A DNA stretch of 32,000 bases from Longivirga aurantiaca (GTDB lineage: Bacteria > Actinomycetota > Actinomycetes > S36-B12 > CAIYMF01): NCBI RefSeq assembly GCF_042660085.1, contig NZ_JBHSTI010000008.1, positions 1,110,001 through 1,142,000 of the forward strand, in the 5' to 3' direction. Each line of letters begins with the position of its first letter. Position 1 is the first letter of the stretch. A program made the translations under genes and the position numbers. Positions 1-9,420 of this stretch are shown here, in pieces. The notes under the pieces were generated by a model. It was not told the origin of the DNA. It saw only the letters and a list, made by a program, of their open reading frames with translations, and ran no database searches.

Positions 1-967
1 CGTAGAACCCGTTGAGCTCCGGGACGGCGAGCAGGCAGGTGGCGGTGGCCTTGAGCAGGAGCGCAGCCGGCAGCAGCCGCTCGGACGGCGAGCGGCCCTG
101 GTTGCGCGCCGCCAGCCAGTCCAGCGACGCCTTCAGGTCGATCGTGGTCTCGAGGTAGTAGTGCGGGATCTCCCGCTTCGACCGAGCCATGAGCGCGGCT
201 GTCGCGGCCTGCATGGCCTCTTTGCGCTCGGCGACGCGCACGTCCGCCGACCGCCCCGCGCGTGGCGGGGCCGCCGCCCCGGATGCCGCGGGCTCGGGCA
301 CGGCGGTCGTCGACGCGCGCTGGACGTCCTCGACGCTCACCGCACCCCGCGGCCCGGTGCCGACGAGGGAGGCGAGGTCGACGCCGAGCTGCTCGGCAAG
401 GCGCCTCGCGCGGGGTGAGGCAGCCACGTGGGCGCCGACCCCTGCCGAGGTCGTGCGACCAGCGGGTGCAGCCGGAGCCGCGGGCACCGGGGCCGCCGGC
501 TCGTGCGCGCTCCGGGCCTGGTCGGCGGCCCGCTCGACGTCGTGCCGCGTGACACCGCCGCCGCGGCCCGTGCCCTCGACCGCCTCGAGGTCGACGTGGA
601 GGTCGTGCGCAAGGTGGCGCACGATCGGCGAGACGGGCGCGTGATGCGCATGCTCCGCGTGCGCTGCCGGCCCGTCCGCCGCGGGCGCCGATGCTGCGGG
701 CTGCACCGGCGGCTCGGCGGGCGCGGTCGACGATCCGGCCCCGATGAGGGCCAGCGGCGATCCGACCGTCACCGTCGTGCCCGGCTCGACGAGCAGCCGC
801 TCGACCACCCCGTCCTCGAAGGCCTCGATGTCGATTGCGCTCTTGACCGTGTCGATGACGGCGATGATCTGGCCGTGCGTCACGGCGTCGCCCGGACCGA
901 CCAGCCACTCGACGAGCGTCCCCTCGGTCATGTCCGCGCCGAGCGACGGCATCCGGAACTCACCCAT
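1..967 (-). CDS. Dihydrolipoamide acyltransferase (E2) of a 2-oxoacid (acetoin/pyruvate-type) dehydrogenase complex; C-terminus lies beyond the window start
   Basis: Own translation of the minus strand from ATG at 967 (absent from the ORF track because it is open-ended). [53 protein letters not shown] is a lipoyl domain with a lipoyl-lysine context. It is followed by Ala/Pro linkers and two peripheral-subunit-binding-like segments ([32 protein letters not shown]; [33 protein letters not shown]). The catalytic domain then starts ([14 protein letters not shown]...[19 protein letters not shown]). The start overlaps the E1-beta stop (ATGGGTGA, 960-967). Confidence 0.85.
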   Translation of the reverse strand, partial: MGEFRMPSLGADMTEGTLVEWLVGPGDAVTHGQIIAVIDTVKSAIDIEAFEDGVVERLLVEPGTTVTVGSPLALIGAGSSTAPAEPPVQPAASAPAADGPAAHAEHAHHAPVSPIVRHLAHDLHVDLEAVEGTGRGGGVTRHDVERAADQARSAHEPAAPVPAAPAAPAGRTTSAGVGAHVAASPRARRLAEQLGVDLASLVGTGPRGAVSVEDVQRASTTAVPEPAASGAAAPPRAGRSADVRVAERKEAMQAATAALMARSKREIPHYYLETTIDLKASLDWLAARNQGRSPSERLLPAALLLKATATCLLAVPELNGFY

Positions 968-1958
968 CGCGGCCCACCGCCTCGTGCACCGCCGCGACGA
1001 CGCGCTCCAGGCTGGGCAGCGCGGCCTCCTCGAGGTGCTTGGCGTAGGGGATGGGCACCTCGAGGGTGCAGACGCGGCCCACCGGCGCCTCGAGGTCGTA
1101 GAAGCAGTCCTCCATGATGCGGGCCGACACCTCGGCCGACATGCCCAGCGTGCGCCAGCCCTCGTCGACGACGACCGCGCGGTGCGTGCGCGCCACCGAC
1201 TCGGCCACCGTGGCGCTGTCGAGAGGCCGCAGGACGCGCAGGTCGACGACGTCGGCGCCGATGCCCTCGGCCGCGAGGCGCTCCGCCGCGTCGAGGCACA
1301 GGCCCAGCGAGCCGCCGTACGTGACGAGCGTGATGTCGTCGCCGGCGCGCCTGATCCTGGCTCGGTCGATGTCGACCTCGGTGCCGGGTGCGGGCGCCGG
1401 GCCCTTGGCGTTGTAGAGCGATCCGTGCTCGACGATGATCACCGGATCGGGGTCGAGCAGCGCGGGCCACAGCATGCAGCGCGCGTCCTCGATCGTGGCG
1501 GGCGAGAGCACGCGCAGGCCGGGCACATGGGCGAACCAGTTCTCCAGCGAGTGCGAGTGCTGGGCCGCGAGCTGGCGCCCGCCGCCCGTGGTCATGCGCA
1601 CCACCAGCGGCACCTGGAACTGCCCGCCGCTCATGTGCAGCAGCGCCGCCGCCGTGTTGACGAGCTGGTCCATCGCGAGCATGACGAAGTTGACCGTCAT
1701 CACCTCGACGATGGGGCGCATGCCGCCCAGGGCGGCGCCGATGCCCGCGCCCACGAACGCCGACTCCGACAGCGGGGTGTCGCGCACGCGGTCCTCGCCG
1801 AACTCCTCGATCATCCCGAGGCTCACGCCGAACCCGCCGCCGTAGCGGCCGACGTCCTCTCCCATGAGGAACACTCGTTCGTCGCGCAGCATGGCCTCGC
1901 GCATGGCCTCCCGCACGGCCTCGCGGTAGGTGGTCTCCTGCACCGCGGTCTGGGTCAT
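960..1958 (-). CDS. 2-oxoacid dehydrogenase E1 component, beta subunit (AcoB/PdhB-like)
   Basis: ORF track, 332 aa: [65 protein letters not shown]. This is the typical transketolase-like E1-beta pattern. The start lies 4 nt after the E1-alpha stop, with a GGGAGGTGAGG Shine-Dalgarno inside the upstream gene. Confidence 0.93.
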   Translation of the reverse strand: MTQTAVQETTYREAVREAMREAMLRDERVFLMGEDVGRYGGGFGVSLGMIEEFGEDRVRDTPLSESAFVGAGIGAALGGMRPIVEVMTVNFVMLAMDQLVNTAAALLHMSGGQFQVPLVVRMTTGGGRQLAAQHSHSLENWFAHVPGLRVLSPATIEDARCMLWPALLDPDPVIIVEHGSLYNAKGPAPAPGTEVDIDRARIRRAGDDITLVTYGGSLGLCLDAAERLAAEGIGADVVDLRVLRPLDSATVAESVARTHRAVVVDEGWRTLGMSAEVSARIMEDCFYDLEAPVGRVCTLEVPIPYAKHLEEAALPSLERVVAAVHEAVGRDG

Positions 1959-1962
1959 GACC

Positions 1963-2982
1963 TCACCTCCCGCTCGTGACGAAGGAGAGCAGCTCGTCGA
2001 CCGGCTCGTCGGTGCCGGCCTGGGCGTAGGCGACGGCGTCGTCGATCACCGCGCCCACCCGGGCGTCGATCGCGGCGAGGTCGTCGTCGGTGGCGCCGTC
2101 GGCCAGCAGCCGGGCACTGAGCAGCAGGAGCGGGTCGCGCTCGCGCCAGTGCTCGATCTCGGCCTTCTCGCGATAGCGGTCGGCGTCGTACATCGAGTGG
2201 GCGCGGAACCGGAAGGTCTTCGCCTCGAGGAACACCGGGCCGCCGCTGTCGCGCACCAGCGAGACCGCCCGTCGTGCCGCGTCCCAGACGGCGAGCACGT
2301 CCATGCCGTCGCACGACCAGGCCGGCACCTCGTAGGAGGCCGCCTTCACCGCGAGGTTCGTCTCCGACTCGGACCGGTCGAGGGCGGTGCCCATCGCGTA
2401 CAGGTTGTTCTCGCACAGGAAGAGCACGGGCAGATGCCACACCGCGGCGAGGTTGATCGACTCGTGGAACTCGCCCTCAGCCATGGCGCCTTCTCCGAAG
2501 AAGCACACGGTGACGCGGTCGCGGCCCTGCATCCGGTCGGCGAGGGCGAGGCCCACCGCCACCGGCAGCCCGCCGCCGACGATGCCGTTGCCGCCGTAGA
2601 AGCGGGTGGGCGCATGGAACAGGTGCATCGATCCGCCGCGCCCGCGGCAGACCCCCTCGGCCTTGCCGAGCATCTCGGCCATCACCGGTCCCACCGGCAC
2701 GCCGCGTGCGAGCGCCTGCCCGTGGTCGCGGTAGGTGGCCACGACGGCGTCGTCCTGGCGCAGATGGTCCAGGACGCCGACGGCCACGGCCTCCTCGCCG
2801 ATGTAGAGGTGCAGGAAGCCTCGGATGAGGCCGCCGCTGTAGAGCTCGACGCAGCGCTCCTCGAAGCGCCGGACGAGCAGCATGCGCTCGTAGAGCGCGA
2901 GATGGTCGGGCCCGGTGCGGTCGCTGCTGACGGGTGGTGCAGGCGTCGCCACGGGGGGCGGCGTACGACGTGAGGCGCTCAT
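1963..2982 (-). CDS. 2-oxoacid dehydrogenase E1 component, alpha subunit (TPP-dependent; AcoA/PdhA-like), 339 aa
   Basis: Inner ATG at 2982 of track ORF 1963..4170: [10 protein letters not shown]...[15 protein letters not shown]...YRDHG...[39 protein letters not shown] (TPP-binding region). ATGA overlap with the upstream synthetase stop (2979-2982). The upstream part of the 735-aa ORF is Arg/Pro-rich frame shadow. Confidence 0.9.
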   Translation of the reverse strand: MSASRRTPPPVATPAPPVSSDRTGPDHLALYERMLLVRRFEERCVELYSGGLIRGFLHLYIGEEAVAVGVLDHLRQDDAVVATYRDHGQALARGVPVGPVMAEMLGKAEGVCRGRGGSMHLFHAPTRFYGGNGIVGGGLPVAVGLALADRMQGRDRVTVCFFGEGAMAEGEFHESINLAAVWHLPVLFLCENNLYAMGTALDRSESETNLAVKAASYEVPAWSCDGMDVLAVWDAARRAVSLVRDSGGPVFLEAKTFRFRAHSMYDADRYREKAEIEHWRERDPLLLLSARLLADGATDDDLAAIDARVGAVIDDAVAYAQAGTDEPVDELLSFVTSGR

Positions 2983-4766
2983 GCCAGGACCTCCAAGGTC
3001 GAGAGGTCGCCTTCCGGCAGCCCGAGCTCGCGTGCCTTGAGCAGGCGACGCATGATCTTGCCGCTGCGGGTCTTGGGAAGGTCCTGCTGGAACGTGATGT
3101 CGCGAGGGGCGACGGCATTGCCGAGCCGCGTGCGCCCGAAGCCGATGAGCTCTCGGCGCAGCGCGTCGCTGGGCTCGAAGCCGGGCTTGAGGGCCACGAA
3201 GGCCTTGACCACCTCGCCCACGATCGGGTCGGGCACGCCGATCACGCCGGCTTCGGCCACCGCCGAGTGCTCGAGCAGGGCGCTCTCCACCTCGAAGGGC
3301 CCGATGAGGTGACCGGCCGACTTGATGACGTCGTCGCCGCGCCCGACGAACCAGAACCAGCCTTCGGCGTCGCGGCGCACGAGGTCGCCGGACAGGTACC
3401 AGTCGCCGAGGAAGGCCGAGGCGTAGCGCTCGGGTGCGCCGATGTAGGAGCGCATGAGCGACGGCCACGGCGTGCGGAGCGCGAGCTCGCCGAGGGAGTC
3501 GGGCTCGTCGAGGCGCACGGGCCCCCCGTCGGCGCCGATCTCCACGTGGCCCTCGGCGTCGCGGGCGAGCACCGCCGCCTCGATGCCCGGGACGGGGCGT
3601 CCCATGGAGCCGGGCCGCACCGCGGAACCGTGGTAGTTGGCCACCATGATCGCGCCGGTCTCGGTCTGCCACCACGTGTCGCGGATCGGGCGGTCGAGCT
3701 CCGCGATGCCCCAGTGGACGACCTCGGGGTTGAGCGGCTCGCCCACGCTGGCGATGTGCCGCAGGGCCGACAGGTCGCGACCCTCGTGCGGCGCGGAGCC
3801 GGCCTTCATGAGCATCCGCAGCGCGGTCGGCGCGGTGTACCAGACGGTCACGCGCTCGCTCTCGAGCAGCTGGTACCACCGGCGCGCGTCGAACTCGAGC
3901 TCGTCCACGATGCACGTGACGCCGCAGGTGAGCGGGGCGATGACGCCGTACGACGTGCCCGTCACCCAGCCGGGATCGGCCGTGCACCAGAAGACGTCGT
4001 CGTCGTGCAGGTCGAGCACGAGGCGTGCCGTGGCGTGGTGGGCCACGACGGCGTCGTGCACGTGCACCGCGCCCTTCGGCGTGCCGGTCGTGCCGCTGGT
4101 GAAGTGGATGAGCGCCGGCTCCTCGGGATCGGTCGGCTCGGCCCTGAACGTGCCGGAGGTGCCCGGCCACAGCTCGGCGAGCGGAAGGACGCCCGGGCCG
4201 AGGCGCTCGGCCCCGACGAGCTCGGCGCTTCCCGGGCCGATGAGCAGCACGTGCTCCAGCTCGGGCAGCTCCGCGCGCAGGCCGTGCACGCGCTTGCGGT
4301 ACAGCGCCGGCGTCGTGACGAGCAGCCGGGCATGGCCCATCGCCATCCGCTGCCGGATGGGCTCGGGGCCGAAGGCCGAGAACAGCGGGGAGAACACCGA
4401 GCGCGCCTTGAGCGTGCCCAGCAGCGCGACGTACAGGTCGGGGATGCGACCGGCCAGCCCGCAGACGAGGTCACCCGGCCCGACCCCGAGCCCGCGCAGC
4501 ACCTCGGCGAACCTGCTCGTGCGCTCCGCGAGCTCGGCGTAGGTCCACGACTCGTCGACCCCGTCGGCACCGATGAACCGCAGCGCCTCGTGCTCGCCCC
4601 GGCCGTGGGCGACGTGGCGGTCGACCGCCTCGTGGGCGATGTTGCGCCCGCCGCCGGGCTGGCCGTCGAGCCAGGCCCGCGCCGAGTCCCAGGTGAAGGC
4701 AGCTCGCACGTCGTCGTAGTCGTCCATGAGACCGGCCTGCGTCGAGGGTTCCCGCCTAGTGGCCAT
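2979..4766 (-). CDS. AMP-forming acetyl-CoA/acyl-CoA synthetase (AcsA-like adenylate-forming ligase), 595 aa
   Basis: ORF track. Motifs: [11 protein letters not shown] (AMP-binding P-loop), [57 protein letters not shown]. The start at 4766 is uncertain; an alternative Met lies 13 codons downstream. Confidence 0.9.
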   Translation of the reverse strand: MATRREPSTQAGLMDDYDDVRAAFTWDSARAWLDGQPGGGRNIAHEAVDRHVAHGRGEHEALRFIGADGVDESWTYAELAERTSRFAEVLRGLGVGPGDLVCGLAGRIPDLYVALLGTLKARSVFSPLFSAFGPEPIRQRMAMGHARLLVTTPALYRKRVHGLRAELPELEHVLLIGPGSAELVGAERLGPGVLPLAELWPGTSGTFRAEPTDPEEPALIHFTSGTTGTPKGAVHVHDAVVAHHATARLVLDLHDDDVFWCTADPGWVTGTSYGVIAPLTCGVTCIVDELEFDARRWYQLLESERVTVWYTAPTALRMLMKAGSAPHEGRDLSALRHIASVGEPLNPEVVHWGIAELDRPIRDTWWQTETGAIMVANYHGSAVRPGSMGRPVPGIEAAVLARDAEGHVEIGADGGPVRLDEPDSLGELALRTPWPSLMRSYIGAPERYASAFLGDWYLSGDLVRRDAEGWFWFVGRGDDVIKSAGHLIGPFEVESALLEHSAVAEAGVIGVPDPIVGEVVKAFVALKPGFEPSDALRRELIGFGRTRLGNAVAPRDITFQQDLPKTRSGKIMRRLLKARELGLPEGDLSTLEVLA

Positions 4767-5040
4767 GATCCACCGCCCTGGGACACGCCCCGTGGACGAA
4801 CCGAGCGGCGTCCGCCTGTCGTGGGCACATGCTCCAGGACGTCGTCTCCACTGTGTCCCGCGTACATCATGGACCTGCCCGTTCGTGATCGTCCTGCCCA
4901 GCGCAGGATCCGGGCAGGTACGCCGAGAGCACGCCGACCGCCCGCTGGGACGGTGCGGCGGATCGGCACCGGGCGCGTCGTCCGGGCCGAGACCTCGCGG
5001 CCACCAGGGCTACCGTGGTGCCAACGAGGAGGCGAGTCTC

Positions 5041-5469
5041 ATGAGCAGCGGTCACGTCATCGTCGGGGTCGACGCGTCACCCGCGTCGAAGGCGGCTCTG
5101 CGCTGGGCGGCGGACCACGCCGTGGCCAGGGGTCTGAGCCTCGAGGCCGTGGCGGTATGGGAGATCCCGGCCACCTTCGGCTGGGTGGGCGAGGAGGACC
5201 TCGACCCGACGGAGGCGGCTCGCAGGGGGCTGGAGTCCGTGGTGGCCGAGGTTGTCGGCACCACGCCGGAGGTGGAGATCACCGTCGCCCGCGGACACGC
5301 GGCGCTCGTGCTGGTCGAGGCCTCCGAACGGGCGGACCTGCTCGTGGTCGGCTCGCGCGGGATGGGAGGGTTCGCCGGGCTCCTGCTCGGGTCGGTGAGC
5401 CAGCACTGCGTGCAGCACGCGCACTGCCCCGTCGTGGTCGTCCGTGGCGAGCGGGGCGGGCAGTCCTAG
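5041..5469 (+). CDS. Universal stress protein (single USP domain), 142 aa
   Basis: Inner ATG at 5041, preceded by GAGGAGG. MSSGHVIVGVDASPASKAALRWAADHA...LLVVGSRGMGGFAGLLLGSVSQHCVQHAHCPVVVV shows the ATP-binding USP G-x2-G-x9-G-S pattern. The upstream part of track ORF 4726..5469 looks non-coding. Confidence 0.9.
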   Translation: MSSGHVIVGVDASPASKAALRWAADHAVARGLSLEAVAVWEIPATFGWVGEEDLDPTEAARRGLESVVAEVVGTTPEVEITVARGHAALVLVEASERADLLVVGSRGMGGFAGLLLGSVSQHCVQHAHCPVVVVRGERGGQS

Positions 5470-5503
5470 CCGCCGTGCTCCGGCGTTGTCTGCTCCGGCG
5501 TTG

Positions 5504-6823
5504 TCACAGGCCGCTGGGCTCGGTCTCGTACTCGGGCTCGGTCGGGCGAGGTTCGTGGCGCAGGGGCACCAGGGCCGTCGTGGTGTCGAACCAGAGCAGC
5601 GCGTCGTAGCGCCCACCCATCCACGTCGGGACGTAGTTGCCGCTCTCGCGCGACGGGTCGTACACCACACCCACCGCGCGGTGCCCCGCCCACGTCGACA
5701 GCCAGGGGCCGGACCGGTCCTCGGGGAAGACGAGCGACGCCCGCCGGGGCAGGCACTGGTGCAGCACCCACTCGTGGCTTCCGGCGCGGGCCACCGGCAA
5801 CGGCATGACGCGCTCGGGCTCGCCCCAGCCGCCCGCGGCCAGCACCGAGCCGCGGTGCGAGGCGAACCCCACCAGCACCACGCCGTCCGACTCGTGCCTC
5901 TCGCGCACGAGCTGGCCGACGGTGACGAGGCCGGCACGGGCCATGTCGGTCGCACGGGCGTCGCCGACATGCGTGTTGTGCTCCCAGACGACGCCGGCCG
6001 AGCCCGGGCCGAGATGGCGCGCGATGCGATCGATCGTGCCCGCCATGTGGTGGTCGCGGACGTTCCACGACGCGCGGTCGCCGCGCACCATCGCGCGGTA
6101 GTAGCTCTCGGCGTCGGCCGCGGCCTCCGCGTTGCAGGCTGCGTCGAACGCCAACTCGTCGTCGTCCGAGCGGACGCCGACCCTGCGCCGCACCTCGGTC
6201 AGCAGCGCGACCACCTCGTCCTCGCACGACTCCGGGATCAGCCGGGCGGCGCGTGCATAGCGGTGCGGGTCCTCGCCGTACGGCATGAAGCACCGCCACG
6301 CGTTCCACGCCGTGGGCAGGGCCTCGGGGTCGTGCTGCCCGAGCCATGCCATGGTGGCGCGCAGCGAGTCCCAGAGCGAGTAGACGTCGAGCCCGTAGAA
6401 GCCGACGCGCCGCTCGAGCGGGCGACCGCGGTTCGTCTCGCGCAACCACACGAGGAACTCACCGACGTCGTGGTTGGCCCACATCCAGGTCGGCCACCGG
6501 GAGAAGCGGCCGAGGAGCCCCCGGACGTCGAGATCCTGGTCGTCCTGCCCGCGCACCCAACGGTTGATCCGCCAGCAGTCCGGCCAGTCGCCCTCGACGC
6601 CGATCCACGTGACGCCTCGCTCCTCGACGAGGCGGCGCGTGAGCTGCGCCCGCCAGGCGTAGAACTCGTGGGTGCCATGCGACGCCTCGCCGATGCAGAC
6701 GTAGCGCGCGTCACCGATCCGGGCCAGGAGCGGGTCGAGGTCGGCGGGCGTCTCCAGCGGGTGGGCGAGCGACCTGGCCTCGGCCGCAGCCGACTCGTAG
6801 GACTCGCCGGTGAACGTGGTCAT
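5504..6823 (-). CDS. Erythromycin esterase-like (Ere/ChaN-type) family protein, 439 aa
   Basis: Inner ATG at 6823 of track ORF 5504..8317: [23 protein letters not shown]...YVCIGEASHGTHEFYAWRAQLTRRLVEERGVTWIGVEGDWPD...VVWEHNTHVGDARAT. These motifs are recalled as typical of the erythromycin esterase family. ATGA overlap with the upstream gene stop (6820-6823), and a GAGGAGGGA Shine-Dalgarno inside the upstream gene. Confidence 0.8.
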   Translation of the reverse strand: MTTFTGESYESAAAEARSLAHPLETPADLDPLLARIGDARYVCIGEASHGTHEFYAWRAQLTRRLVEERGVTWIGVEGDWPDCWRINRWVRGQDDQDLDVRGLLGRFSRWPTWMWANHDVGEFLVWLRETNRGRPLERRVGFYGLDVYSLWDSLRATMAWLGQHDPEALPTAWNAWRCFMPYGEDPHRYARAARLIPESCEDEVVALLTEVRRRVGVRSDDDELAFDAACNAEAAADAESYYRAMVRGDRASWNVRDHHMAGTIDRIARHLGPGSAGVVWEHNTHVGDARATDMARAGLVTVGQLVRERHESDGVVLVGFASHRGSVLAAGGWGEPERVMPLPVARAGSHEWVLHQCLPRRASLVFPEDRSGPWLSTWAGHRAVGVVYDPSRESGNYVPTWMGGRYDALLWFDTTTALVPLRHEPRPTEPEYETEPSGL

Positions 6824-8130
6824 GGCCGTCCCTCCTCGATCGGTTCGTGTCCCCTCCGTCCCAGGTGGCGCACGAACCAGTCGCGTGCGAACGAGGCAGC
6901 CTGGGCCAATGTCCCCGGCTCCTCGAACAGGTGCGTCGCCCCGGGCACCACGACCAGCTCGGTCGGGCACCGCAGCCGGGCCTGCGCAGCGCGGTTGAGC
7001 TCGAGCACGGCCCGGTCGTCGCCACCGACGATCAGCAATGTCGGTGCCCGCACCGCGGCGAGCGCGTGACCGGCCAGATCGGGCCGCCCTCCGCGGCTCA
7101 CGACCGCGGCCACCCGCTCGGATCCGGCGGCGGCGACGAGCGCCGCGGCAGCCCCTGTGCTCGCACCGAAGTATCCGAGGCTCAGACCGTCGACCGCGGG
7201 CTGCTGCACGAGCCAGTCCGTCGCGGCGATGAGCCGTGCGGCGAGCGTCCCGATGTCGAACACCCGGGCGCGGTCCTGCTCCTCCTCGGGGGTGAGGAGG
7301 TCGATGAGCAGCGTCCCGAGCCCGGCAGCCTGCAGGACGTCGGCGACGTACCGGTTGCGCGGGCTGTGCCGGCTGCTTCCGCTGCCGTGCGCGAACACGA
7401 CCAGGCCAGGTGCCCCGGGCGGGATCACCAGATGGCCCTCGAGCCGGCAGCCGGCGACGGGGACGAGCACCTTCTCGTCGTACGCCGCGCCCTCGGTGCC
7501 GGCCGCCCTCAGCAGGGCGACCACCTCCTCGTCGGAGGTCGGTGAGAAGTCCCGGTAGTGGTTGCCGACCGCCGTGAACCCCGGCGGCTCGGCCAGGCAG
7601 ACGACCTCGTCGGCGTCGGGCAGCCGGTGCTCGACGCCCGGTGCGCCGACGGGCGCGGCGACGATCACGCGGCGAGCACCGAGGTGGCGGGCCACCAGGC
7701 AGGCGGCCCGCGCGGTCGACCCGGTGGCGATGCCGTCGTCGATCAGCAGAGCGATGCGGCCCGTGAGATCCAGGCGGGGCCGGCCGGGGCGGAACCGGCG
7801 CACGCGGTCCTCGAGCTCCGCGCGCTCGCGCGCCTCGACCCGGACGACGTCCTCGGGCCTGACGCCGGCGAGGCGCAGGATCTCCTCGTCGATGACCCGG
7901 ACGCCGTCCTCTCCGAGAGCCCCCATGGCCAGCTCCGGCTGGTAGGGGACGCCGAGCTTGCGCACGACGATCACGTCGAGCGGCGCCCCGAGCTCCCGCG
8001 CCACCTGAGCGGCGACCGGCACACCACCACGAGGGAGCCCGAGCACGACGAGGTCGGGGCCGCGGAACCGGGCCAGCTGCTGGGCCAGAAGACGACCGGC
8101 CTCGATACGGTCGGCGAACGCCACCATCAC
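6820..8130 (-). CDS. Fusion protein: N-terminal phosphoribosyltransferase domain + C-terminal dienelactone-hydrolase-like alpha/beta hydrolase, 436 aa
   Basis: ORF track. N-terminal half: [14 protein letters not shown]...[18 protein letters not shown] (PRPP-binding loop). C-terminal half: [17 protein letters not shown]...[14 protein letters not shown] (G-x-S-x-G nucleophile elbow)...LLIVGGDD...[10 protein letters not shown]. Confidence 0.85.
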   Translation of the reverse strand: MMVAFADRIEAGRLLAQQLARFRGPDLVVLGLPRGGVPVAAQVARELGAPLDVIVVRKLGVPYQPELAMGALGEDGVRVIDEEILRLAGVRPEDVVRVEARERAELEDRVRRFRPGRPRLDLTGRIALLIDDGIATGSTARAACLVARHLGARRVIVAAPVGAPGVEHRLPDADEVVCLAEPPGFTAVGNHYRDFSPTSDEEVVALLRAAGTEGAAYDEKVLVPVAGCRLEGHLVIPPGAPGLVVFAHGSGSSRHSPRNRYVADVLQAAGLGTLLIDLLTPEEEQDRARVFDIGTLAARLIAATDWLVQQPAVDGLSLGYFGASTGAAAALVAAAGSERVAAVVSRGGRPDLAGHALAAVRAPTLLIVGGDDRAVLELNRAAQARLRCPTELVVVPGATHLFEEPGTLAQAASFARDWFVRHLGRRGHEPIEEGRP

Positions 8131-8422
8131 GCACCTCCCGAGCGCGTCGCACGCGTCCGGCGCGGGGGCCGTGCGGCCTCGCCCGCACCTTCATTCTGGC
8201 ACCACCGAGCGGCGACATGCCCGCCCTCGCACGGGGATCCCGTGCGCCGACGAGCGCCTCAGCCGCCAGCACGGTGTGGTGGCGAGCTTCTCGCGCGCGC
8301 TCACCGAGGGCCTGCACGTCGACCAGACCCAGGCCGAGTTCGACGCGGCGCTCGACGCCTCGATCGCGAGCATCTTCCGCGCCTCGCTCACCTGACCCGG
8401 ACCAGCGGCCGGCATCGCACGC

Positions 8423-9301
8423 TCAACCGGTGGGCGGCGGGACGACCATCACCGGGCAGGCCGCGCCGTGGACCAGGGCGGCGGTCACCGAGCCCTGCCG
8501 CATCCCGAGGAAGTGGCCGCGTCCGTGGGCCCCGACCACGACGAGCTGAGCGGTCTGCGCTGCCTGCAGGAGCGCCGACGCCGGGTGCGCCTGGATCACG
8601 CGCATGTCGACCTCGAGGTCGGGGTAGTCGGCGCCGATCTCGTCCACCATCTGCGCGGCCAGCTGCTCGGCGCCCGCCTGCAGCTCGCGGGCCAGGTCGG
8701 GCGGTGGGAGGTAGATCCCGTAGCCGGTGGGGTTGAGGTCCTGCCATGCATGCACCATGAGCAGCCGCGAGCCGCGGCACGACGCCTCGTCGGCCGCAGC
8801 CCGGAGGGCGGCGTACGACGCCTTCGAGCCGTCGACGCCCACCGCGATGGGCCCGGTCGAACGATCAGCAGTCCCGTGCACGACCACGGCGGGGCAGTGC
8901 GCCTGCGCGCTCACGTGCCGGCTGACGGAGCCGAGCAGCACCTCGGCGACGCGCGAGCGACCGCGCGCTCCGACCACCACCATGCTCGCCTCCCCGCTCG
9001 CCGTCAGCATCGCCGACGCGGGATGCCCCGCGACGTGCTGGGCCGTGACCACCAGCTCCGGCCACGCGCGTGTCACGCGGGTGACTGCGTCGTCGACGTA
9101 CCCGGGGCGACCGCCCACGGTCGGGGTCGGGACCGCGGGAACGCCCGGCGTGACCGCCACCCAGTTGGGCTCGATCACGGTGAGCACGACGAGCGGCAGG
9201 CGGCGGAGCGCCGCCTCGTGGGCCGCCCAGTCCACGGCGGCGGTGGCTCCCGGGGACCCGTCCGTGCCGACGATGATCGGGAGTCTCGACCTGGTCATCA
9301 C
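8423..9301 (-). CDS. Tandem-domain universal stress protein, 292 aa
   Basis: ORF track. Two USP halves, each with the ATP-binding motif: VVVGARGRSRVAEVLLGSVSRHVSAQAHCPAVVV and LVVVGAHGRGHFLGMRQGSVTAALVHGAACPVMVV. GAGGAGG Shine-Dalgarno upstream of the ATG at 9301. Confidence 0.9.
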   Translation of the reverse strand: MMTRSRLPIIVGTDGSPGATAAVDWAAHEAALRRLPLVVLTVIEPNWVAVTPGVPAVPTPTVGGRPGYVDDAVTRVTRAWPELVVTAQHVAGHPASAMLTASGEASMVVVGARGRSRVAEVLLGSVSRHVSAQAHCPAVVVHGTADRSTGPIAVGVDGSKASYAALRAAADEASCRGSRLLMVHAWQDLNPTGYGIYLPPPDLARELQAGAEQLAAQMVDEIGADYPDLEVDMRVIQAHPASALLQAAQTAQLVVVGAHGRGHFLGMRQGSVTAALVHGAACPVMVVPPPTG

Positions 9302-9420
9302 GCACCTCCTCGAGGAGGTGGCGCCACCATCGGGAGCCGACGCGGGCGTCCTGCTCCTCTACCCCGATTCTGCGCCCGCCGACATGCGGATGCCACAGCA
9401 GGAGGGCTCGCAACCGCGTC

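Noticed and set aside
1963-4170. 735-aa minus-strand ORF as a single gene
   Set aside because: Only the last 339 codons (from the ATG at 2982) look like E1-alpha. The upstream 396 codons are Arg/Pro/Gly-rich low-complexity sequence lying out of frame over the well-supported synthetase gene (2979..4766). This is the typical frame shadow of a high-GC genome.
744-5609. Long plus-strand ORFs antisense to the dehydrogenase/synthetase operon (744..1979, 1930..2973, 2934..5609)
   Set aside because: Their translations are dominated by Arg, Gly, Asp, His, Ala and Val runs with no motifs. They are antisense to genes with strong family signatures. Long antisense ORFs are expected at this GC content.
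5504-8317. 937-aa minus-strand ORF as a single gene
   Set aside because: The N-terminal ~500 residues are Arg/Gly/Pro-rich shadow over the PRTase-hydrolase gene, which is read in another frame (6820..8130). The real esterase-like protein starts at 6823.
4767-9420. Mycobacterial-type DosR operator (GGGAC-N-GTCCC dyad) upstream of the USP and PRTase genes
   Set aside because: I scanned the three intergenic regions (4767-5040, 8131-8422, 9302-9420) by eye and found no convincing match. The dormancy-regulon analogy therefore rests on gene content only.
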